Position numbers and translations under genes: made by a program
Origin: Acanthaster planci
Taxonomy: Eukaryota
Length of the DNA: 32,219 bases
Assembly: GCF_001949145.1 (NCBI RefSeq)
Contig: NW_019091357.1
Span: 1,419,210 to 1,451,428 of the forward strand
Reading direction: 5' to 3'
Shown here: positions 1 through 8,782 of the stretch, piece after piece
Layout: each line of letters starts with the position of its first letter
How positions within the stretch are numbered: position 1 is the first letter of the stretch
The notes under the pieces: generated by a model
Databases searched by the model: none
Seen by the model: only the letters and a program-made list of their open reading frames with translations
Told to the model about the DNA's origin: nothing

Positions 1-1145
1 CACTAATATCTGCGTCGCTTTCCAAATCTTACCTTGAATTAACCTTTCCAACCAAGTCCTTAACGATCTGTATCATATTCTGTATAGCCTAATCATGGGG
101 GGAAAAATAGAAAGATAATAGTGTTCATGTTACACTGTGACGTTTCTTTAATATCGAGTTTCATATTGTAATTACATATCATGACTTTGACCGAAAATAA
201 GGGATGGCGCGAGTTAAAACGAAATCGAATAACTAAATGAAATGATCATTTTTGGGGATTATCTCATGTCAATAGACTGCAAAGATTGACCTCTGACATC
301 TCGGCAACAGCTGTCACGAATTCCATGTGGACCATATTTATTTCTAGATAATACTGTTTGCTTTGCATTTCAACTCTTTTTATTAAGCAAATACTAATTA
401 TAATTCTACACGGGAGTAGTAATCAGGAAAGCTATACATGTTCTCTTATTTCAATGCCTCCCAGCAGATAACATTATTTTTTACCTATAGCTCCAAGAGA
501 TGACCTTCTAAGACCTTGGCGAATGGATTTTTATGTCAACTGTTAATTTGTCAGATTTCGTTTTCGGTTAATAAAATGGTAATGATAGTGCAGGAGTCCA
601 CAGTGCCACAATTTGAACCGTTACCCTCTTCGGGTGCCTTTCCATTAACCTTAAAGGTTTAAAATAGTTTGAAGCCTGCCCTCTCGCGTCCGACTGACGT
701 CAAAAATATACTTGCCTATCCACTACTGGCAGGTTGCCAAATCCACAAGCTCTTACTGAAAAGTACTGATAGACAAAACTGAATGAAAACTAGACTTGAT
801 AAACTAAAGACTACATCAAAACATAGCGCAGTCTTCGCTCTTACGTACACCGTGATGCTCTCTCCAATAGCTATTTTGTCCAGAGACGTTCTTGAAAATG
901 CTTCCGTGGTGCATTATGTCACTTCAGACAGTTTCATCCTACATTAACATTGTTTCTATCCCTTTCGTCTGTTTTAATGGTCAGAAGTAACAAAATTCTA
1001 CGCGACATATTTTTCACTTCATGCTTTATACATGTCCATATTCTTTTTGTCGCATAGCTCACGTGGTTTTCGCTTGGTATTAAAACATCATTTGAAAACG
1101 ATGTCACAATTCTGAATTGACTATCTCAATCTTGCCCGTTTCTAG

Positions 1146-2974
1146 TGAATGGGCTGTTTGCAAGCGAGACAAGGAAGTTGATGGATCCATTCGAAGAGGA
1201 ATTCAAAGGTAAGAATTCAAAGAAAGAAAATACATCCGCGCTCAATTTAATTTTATGTGTTTTTTAATTTTCTAAACCCATGTGCTCATTGATGGGGCTT
1301 CTTATTAGCTTAGACAAAATTGCATTGTCCATAAACTGTAGGGAAAGACCGGATGCCGCCATCCATAGAATCGATGGAGGAAAAGAAGAAATCCCACACG
1401 GGGGATGCACTCCTAGATTACTATCTGACGATGTACATTGATGGGAAGGAGATCACGTGGTACAGTGAGGTCAACAATAGGGACAAGCTAATGGAGGTGA
1501 TGAAAGGTACGGTACCATCGAATGCCAAAAGGAGCAGTTCTAAAACTAGACATTTCAATCATTTTTGGTTCGAATATAACATTAACTTTTAAATGAAACA
1601 TATCTCATCTACTTTTTCACAGACTATCTCGCTATGATGCTCGAAGCTGACGTACAAGTGAGATGGGATGACGTCAGCAAAAAGAAAAATGGCACAGCCG
1701 TCATATCTCCGAAGCCTACCACCCCGTCCGATATCACTTTGTCTGATTGGCTCACCATAGTCGCCCATTACTCTAACAAGGGCGTAAAGTTGAACTTCCC
1801 CGACACCAAGTCCCTTATGTATGGCGTGCCCGTGCTGTCAAATATGAAGAATATACTCCACGCCCCTGTGTGGGTTCACGCTGACATCTTGCCAGGGCCC
1901 AATGGCAACACAGTTGTTTCTGTGAATGTCGAGGATTTCATCAAGATGACTAGGTCAAGTCTATTACCTAAACTTTCTCTCTCGCTAGGCTGGTCCTCGG
2001 CGTGGAACCCAGACCCTGTCCAGCAAAGGTACACGTGGCAAAACGTCATCGCCATGGCAAGGGCCTGCGCCTTGATCAGGGCGCCAATCTCCTTTTCGGT
2101 GAGGGCTGTTTTTGTCTCCAAGTCCACTCGCCAGCTTAAGTGGCTGTTGAGCTTAGCCAAGCGCTTCACCGTCACTGTATGGGCTGACAAATACGACATT
2201 ATGCCCGTGGCCGAACTGGCATACTTCAGGCAGGTTATGGACCGCAAGCGAGTGTTTTACAACCTGCCGGCGAGCTTCATGGAAAACTTGAAGGCTGTGA
2301 ATCCAATTACCAAAGCTGTTGGCACGGAAGGAGAGGAAGACCAGGGACCCAAGTGGGATAGGAACTTGTGGGATCCGGTTCTGATCCACGACAACTCCCT
2401 GGCCTTTCTCGGCAAAGAGCAGGCGGTCCTAGACGGGCCAGGCAGCTGGCTGGTCTCAAAAGTGCCATACAAAGCCGAGATGAAGACATCTCACACCACA
2501 GTGGTCAGTGGTAAGGTGCAGTTTGTGGACACTGAGCCCGCCACGCCGTCGTCGAACTCGGGACTGGACGTTTACATCCGTAACTCCGGCGTCAACCCAC
2601 CGCTGCCGGACCAAGTCCAGGGCATCCGCCTAAGAATACTCCAAGATGGGTCCCTCCAGCTCTCTCCAGTCAACCTGAACCAGGCAGGCGCATTCAAGCT
2701 ACAGTCCACGGCAAAACTTCCCGCCAGCGAGTGCTACTCGTTTCAGCTGGTGGATAAAGGTGACGGGTACCCGTTGTATTGCATCGTGAAACTCTGGCAG
2801 TGCACCCCAGGAGAGAGTACCGATATGGACCCTGCGACCACCAGTGTGGGTCTGCATTTGAACGTTGCCTATGAGATGAACAAACAGCTATTCTACGTTG
2901 CCGTTAATGGTGGAAGCGACAAAAATGCGGTGGTTCTCGAAGAGCTAGCGGTGGATGACAAGGCCTGGATCTAA
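1146..2974 (+). CDS. FAM151: FAM151/menorin-family (DUF2181, PLC-like phosphodiesterase fold) protein, 5'-partial; exons 1146-1208, 1342-1506, 1623-2974 (~526 aa visible)
   Basis: Spliced translation reads ..DALLDYY..DGKEITWYSEVNN..MMLEADV..SDITLSDWL..NKGVKLNF..PVWVHADILPGPNG..LSLGWSSAW..YTWQNV..ISFSVRA..QLKWLL..VTVW..KRVFYNL, which follows the FAM151A/B motif order (TWYHAAN, EADV, KGIKLDF, PVWINADILPGPNG, SLGWTTGW, VTFPVRA). Both introns (1209-1341, 1507-1622) are GT-AG and phase 1, and they join in frame. The first visible exon starts (V)NGLFAS, consistent with the end of a signal peptide encoded upstream. Confidence 0.9.
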
Positions 2975-4247
2975 GAACGTCCCTGCTTGTAATGAGGCCT
3001 ATCAGGGTTGACGAGCAAATGAAAGAAACTAAACCAGGACTATGACCTCAGACCCATGGCACCCGTGCTCTATCATGCACTACACCGTGCGGACATTCTC
3101 GGTTCCTCAACTGTCGTCTTGGGCGTCGTCTTGTGCTCGAAGGCGGTTTGGTCAGTGGCTACGTCTATTTGCTGTCAGATGGTAATGCCAAAAAACGGAA
3201 GCCCTGACCGCAGAACGAGTCGATTTGGACGTGGCCTGACTTCGAATGTGGGACTTTGAATCAGTTTCTCAATTCAAACTCGCAAGTTCGAGTGAAGGCC
3301 TTTCTTTGAAACTTTTGCCGCCATTTCATATCGGCGGACAAAGTTTGCAAGATGTTCACTGTTGGCAACAGCTATTGCCTGGAACTGCACATTACAAGCC
3401 TATCCCATTTAGTTCATTTAGTATTTGGTAGTAAGATTTATCGCTACTTTTAAAACTGCTTGAGAATTGTTTAAACACTGAAAAATTGCCCTTTTTTCTT
3501 TGCCGGGGATCGCCACAGTTTTTTCCTAACAGAAGATTGGAAAGTGGGTGCAGTCAGAAGCCATGTCTACGCAGTCAGCAGATATCACACCCGTGTATGA
3601 CTTGGCCAATGAGCTCTACATTCCATTCGGGAAAGTAGACGGTCCGGCAAAAGAGAGTGATCTCCATCAACTTAAATTTGATCAGGATGATTAATTAGAA
3701 GTTTAGAATGCACCTTTGTGACGACCCTCTGCATCAGCACCGTGCTGAAATAGTCATGCTGAACTTGCCACTGCTTAATTAAAAAGTATGCACAGGTTTG
3801 CGTTAATTTCAGTGGTCCTTCAAGATCACATAATTGCATGCACGTAAATCAAGAACAGGTGTAAATCTTCAGCATGCTGCATGAGGCAAGTCTTAATCCA
3901 AGACTAAGACTTTCAGGGAGGGGATTTTCTGTACACAACCGTGAAAGAAAATTATTTGGACCAATGTAAATATACGTAATATTTCCATGTTAAAAGCGTG
4001 GTCCCAAACATTTGCCTAAAAATGTTGGATCCTTTACCTGTCTCTTACTGTCAGCCGCGCACTTTTGATCGATTTCACAAGAACCAATAACATGATCCAG
4101 ATATTACAGTGTTCAGCGACACTGAAAAATACATAGCGTGATTTGGACTGCGGTCGAGTTACTGCCGCTTTTTGTGTAGAACTGTAAATACGTATGTGTC
4201 CATTTTGAATGGAAAGAAAAGGAGAGAATGCTTGACTGGAATCAAGT

Positions 4248-4253
4248 AATAAA
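4248..4253 (+). terminator. Candidate polyadenylation signal of the FAM151-like gene
   Basis: AATAAA about 1.3 kb after the stop codon and before the 3' end of the convergent gene. Confidence 0.35.
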
Positions 4254-4633
4254 AGTGATTCATTTGCAAAACAACCTGCTTCAGCTGTCACTGGTCTGTT
4301 CATCTGCATTAATCACAACATGGGACGGTGACCTCTGTCTGATCACACGAACATTTGTAAGCAACTGGGAGGAGATTCATGAAAGACGGAGGGGCAAACA
4401 GAGAAATATTTTCCTCATGCACCCTCTTAATGGAAATTGTCTACAGGTTTTTGTTTTGTTCCCTTATTTTGCACTTACTTCGAACCCCAAGCTCAAATTT
4501 GAGGCGCAAAATCTCTGGGACACGATTGAAGGAGGCCGTGATTTGGGGCAGATTATGCTCTTTCAACTGATACATTCACATATTAAAAAAAGGCAACAGG
4601 CATTCCATCATTTGTAAGAAAATGCTTTTCAAA

Positions 4634-4639
4634 TTTATT
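4634..4639 (-). terminator. Candidate polyadenylation signal of the 176-aa membrane protein gene
   Basis: TTTATT on + (AATAAA on -) about 555 nt downstream of the stop at 5195, in AT-rich context. Confidence 0.45.
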
Positions 4640-5194
4640 TAGACACTGATTTTCTTTCTGGACATTTAAAATTACAAGAAGCACAACATGCATTAAAACT
4701 GAATATTTACAAGAGCTCAACAATTATATTATTTTCAGTAACACACTGACACCAAAGCATGCTTGTATTTTTTAAGAACTGTTTGTTTGATTGGTTTACT
4801 GAATTAGAAATATTTACTTGGTTCCTCGATTCATGGAACCCAGCCCACAGGGCTCATAGTGAGACTGACGTATAATACGTCTGGGCCCTTTAATGTCACA
4901 CTCATTTCCGTTCAGATCCGATAACGCTATTTTGGAGAAAACGACAGGAGACGGAGGAGCAGTGCTAAATAATACGGGCTCGTATTGGTAGTCACAGTGT
5001 ACATAATCACCGGTGTGCTTGTTAATTTGTTGGGAATTCGAGAGCTACGTCATTTCATGTAATTCTAGCCAAATTAGTATTGCGACAGAAGTTTTCTAGC
5101 AAGAACCAGCCAAACCAAGCATTAGATAGCCGGAAGGATTTTTCACAGCCAGTAAGTCGAATCAAAGCAGAACATTTTAAGGTGTTAAGTGAAA

Positions 5195-5725
5195 TTATTT
5201 CTTCTTAGACGGAATCATGGGCGCCGACTCTGACGTTTCGCTGACGTCGTGATCCATCTCGACCGGATTCTGATATTCTCGGCACACACCGCTCCTCAAG
5301 TCCATGGCAACCAGCGAAATGTCCGCCTCTGGATTGGTGAAAGCGTCGGGGGAGCCAGCTGCGGCGTCCTTAGCGCCCTCTTTGTCGGCCACTAGGTTGT
5401 CCTTGGACACCTTGGCTTTGGCGGATGCTGCTGGCGCCTTTGTCTGGCTGGCAGCTGCCGTGCCGAGTCCAAGGTCGACTTCGTCGTCCTCGATCACGGC
5501 GCCCAAAACCTTCTCGCCGGCGGGTACGAAGACGGTAGCACAGGTCGGGTTACTGATGACCTCCACAGAGTCGATGTTGTGAAGCATGACCTTGGGGTCC
5601 TCGTGACGGGGGGTCTTCTTGCGGCCAAACTTGCAGAAACAAGCCAGACCGATGGAGAAAAGCAGAAGGACTAAGAGAACGATAAGAGGGACGACCCAGT
5701 TCCATGGAATGGAAGACCACACCAT
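5195..5725 (-). CDS. Uncharacterised single-pass (type III-like) membrane protein, 176 aa, single coding exon
   Basis: GC-rich ORF against an AT-rich background. Hydrophobic helix VVPLIVLLVLLLFSIGLACFC near the N-terminus is followed by KFGRKK. A strong acceptor (ttttttgtattgcag|) opens the exon at 5765, and an in-frame TAG just inside the exon shows the ATG at 5725 is the start. Confidence 0.8.
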   Translation of the reverse strand: MVWSSIPWNWVVPLIVLLVLLLFSIGLACFCKFGRKKTPRHEDPKVMLHNIDSVEVISNPTCATVFVPAGEKVLGAVIEDDEVDLGLGTAAASQTKAPAASAKAKVSKDNLVADKEGAKDAAAGSPDAFTNPEADISLVAMDLRSGVCREYQNPVEMDHDVSETSESAPMIPSKKK

Positions 5726-7101
5726 TCTGTCTCGATTCTACGATGCTTGACGCTGCCAAGACTATCTGCAATACAAAAAAATGAAGAAATAAAACAGGCA
5801 AAGTGGCACTGGACAAAAATCTCGTGCATGCGCCTGGCTTCAGTAAATGCACACGTTGGGATAAAGACAACAATCTGTTCACAAACTTGGTCCTGCCTTT
5901 GAAGAGAAACCGTTGAAACGAGAACAGAAATGAAATCTACAGAGTAGATTTGAATAAAAGGCTCTGAAAAGAATCTTGAGGTTTTTCGTTTCAGGAGGTT
6001 TCTCCTTTTTGGACAATAAAACTGAATAAATCTTTCCATAGAACATGTATCAACACTGACAAAAACATTGCGGTAAGGGTTTAACTCATCATCGCAACGC
6101 AGACAGGGTTCCAAACCAGGGGGAGTCTGTTGCCAGAACTATACATTTATCACTTGCTTACCCACTATGGGCACAAGACCTCTATTCTTAATGCTGCTAT
6201 ACGCCTTTAACCTTCACCTGACAGTGGTTACTAGCTTGGTACCCTCAAGTTCAGTAATTAGAAACGGAAACTTGACGACCGGTGACAGATCCCCCAAATG
6301 ACTAACTCTTGCAACACGAACCTAAGGGATTATGAATCATGGTTCTTGCTCCATATTTTATTTGGTAAGACATGAGTGCAATTTACTCGAAGTTTCAATT
6401 ACCAACTTTAACTTTTAATATGGCGAATCAGAGCTTAAGTGTGGGTAGTTAACAGGCAAAAGTTTTCAAGGTTTTAAAAAGAGTATTCAAATGATAAGAA
6501 AATTCAAGTCGAAAAAGCACTATTGGGAAATATTGTTTTGGACACTTCCTAATCTGTGACCCGACGGAAATCTTTTTGATAGGTGTAATTTTCCCATCAA
6601 TGATTGTAAAATCAACACATCAAGAGACTCTTATGTTCCTGTTTTGAGGTATGACTTTGAAAATGATCATCCTGGACTGAACAACAATACAGCAGTATCT
6701 GTGATCCTCCAAAAATTATGCAGCCAACAAATACCATTAACGTATCGTTAGACGGTCATTTAAAACGAAAGGGCAGCGAGATTTTGTTTTCAAGCCTAAC
6801 TCGGAGCCATCTTGTTTATGGACTCGCTTTCACTAAGTTGGTAATTTCAGTTTTGTGATTTGTCAAAAACTGATAGGATTCCAGGCTGCTAATATTACGG
6901 AAATTTTGAAATGCTGACAAGAATTCCTAGCTCAACGCAGTTTTGTTACTGTTGGTAGATCACGCAAATTAAAACGAGCCATCAGAATGTAAATTCATCT
7001 TGTGCGGTCCCTCGACCTGTGTGAGTACTTACTGTGGGTCTGTAGTTACTGCTAAGTCCGTTGGTGGCGTTCTTTATCTCATCTCACAGAGAATGGATTA
7101 C

Positions 7102-7270
7102 CTCCTCCAAACCACTACTTCCTTCGCAAGTCCAAGCGTTGACACAGTAACAAAGAATCCCCAAAGTTATTGGTTTGTTTTCTCGTTATTTATGGTTCCC
7201 CTTTAGGCCGCATCCACACGTCATACCTACAAGCATGTGAAGCATAGCACTGCTCATGCGCACATGCGCG
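7102..7270 (-). promoter_or_regulatory. Probable non-coding first exon and promoter of the membrane protein gene
   Basis: Donor-like gag|gtaatc at 7102/7101. Overlapping NRF1-like motifs TGCTCATGCGCA and CGCACATGCGCG at 7251-7270. Confidence 0.35.
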
Positions 7271-8189
7271 ACTTCTGTTCGGGGGATGTAAGTCAATTTT
7301 TCTTACGCACTTGCAGGAAATTGGGTCTCCCTGCATAATAACTGATAGTTGTCAAGGCTGGCTGGTAAGGAGGGCTGTAACGATATGCACAACAGGACCA
7401 TCGTGACTAGTCGACTGGAAGGATTGGACCAGATCTCAAATAACCGAGAGTGGGCGGGAGAGGGCGCAGTGATACAATTAATCTGCATCGATGCCCTTTC
7501 ACAAGTGACAGCACCCCGCCCCCCCCACAATTCTTGCGCTAACATTAGAAGTATCGGACCACGGACTGGAAGAGAAAGGTATGAGATGAGGAACTCGGGG
7601 AGACATTACCTGTAACAAGGAAGGTACTGGTGGCCAGGGGTCGTGAGCAATCGACGGCGAGAAAGCATGGACAGGATGGCTTCGTGTTCCAGCTGTGTGT
7701 GCTTGTCTTAATCAATTAATTAATAAGTAAGTAATCAATACGACTGAAATTGTCTTCTACTTGGTAGAATTTGTTAATTTGTATTAACGTATGCAACAGG
7801 ATGTGTTGAAATATTCCATTTACCTTGAACAGTTCATCTCATTCCCCCTGTCACCCCTCTGGCCATGTTATGGCATGTTCTTCTCGCAAGTAGTCGTAAC
7901 AATCTCCTTATATAATGAAATTGGTGCTCTCGTGGCACATACTGCTGCTGCATGAGGTGGTAAACAGCCAGAGCAGCCCGTACTTCATCAAGCGCTTGAA
8001 GACCAGCCACGTGACGGGATCTCGACCAATGGGAATGACCCATTTGTCTTAGGTAAATGTATTTGTGAAAAAGGAATTAAATTGGGCACTATGTGCAGAA
8101 GTTTTAAGTGTAATGTTACTTGCGCTACTTCGTTATGTGTTCGCCACATTTTGTTGAGTATGGGTAGTTGGTAGTGTTGTTAGCAGGGC

Positions 8190-8408
8190 CAGTGTCGTCA
8201 CAGTGCCGGTTCAGTGTCGTCACAGTGCCGGTTCAGTGTCGTCACAGTGCCGGTTCAGTGTCGTCACATTGCGGGTTCAGAGTCGTGACAGTGCCATTTC
8301 AGTATTGTCACAGTGCCGTTCAGTGTCGTCACATTGCCGGTTCAATGTCGTCACATTGCCGGTTCAATGTCAGAACATTGCTTGTTCACTGTCGTCATAT
8401 TGCTGGTT
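8190..8408. repeat. Minisatellite, 10 copies of a 22-bp unit (CAGTGTCGTCACAGTGCCGGTT)
   Basis: Three perfect units at 8190-8255 followed by seven diverged units. The unit is two related 11-mers, each starting CAGTG. Confidence 0.95.
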
Positions 8409-8472
8409 CAGATTCGAAACTGGAAAGCCGATCAATTATGAAAAAGGCGTAAACATATAACTTTGTTTTGTT

Positions 8473-8478
8473 TTTATT
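8473..8478 (-). terminator. Candidate polyadenylation signal of the NXPE gene
   Basis: AATAAA on - about 305 nt downstream of the stop at 8783. Confidence 0.45.
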
Positions 8479-8782
8479 TTTTGAGAGCAAAATTGATTGT
8501 AACAACCACCTGTTTAAAATAACAACATAAATTCTTAGAAAATAGCCGGATTATACTCGATTTTTTGAAAGCCGTAACCTAGCACATAAAAAGATATAAA
8601 GATTCACTATCGAACAAAATGAAACATCTCTTGATTTACATTAAGTTCTTTATCTTTTCAAGCCTTAACAGTTCTACAAAGAAAAGGTCTCAAATCAAAG
8701 TGCTGGTCGAAGTCTACGACTCTTGCCATTCATGGTGTGGAAGTGCAAGTAACTAAGGCTGAGCACCTGTCGGATTATTTTA

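Noticed and set aside
1507..1592. C-terminal part of ORF 1353-1592
   Set aside because: Read-through into an intron. FAM151 similarity continues only after splicing to 1623.
1876..2489. Antisense ORFs inside the FAM151-like exon (likewise 5304-5582, 10137-10459, 25286-25471)
   Set aside because: Shadow ORFs of real coding exons, with no recognisable motifs.
8168..8460. Cys/Ser/Val-rich repetitive ORFs or CRISPR-like array
   Set aside because: These are translations of the 22-bp minisatellite. There are no unique spacers or cas genes, and the context is eukaryotic.
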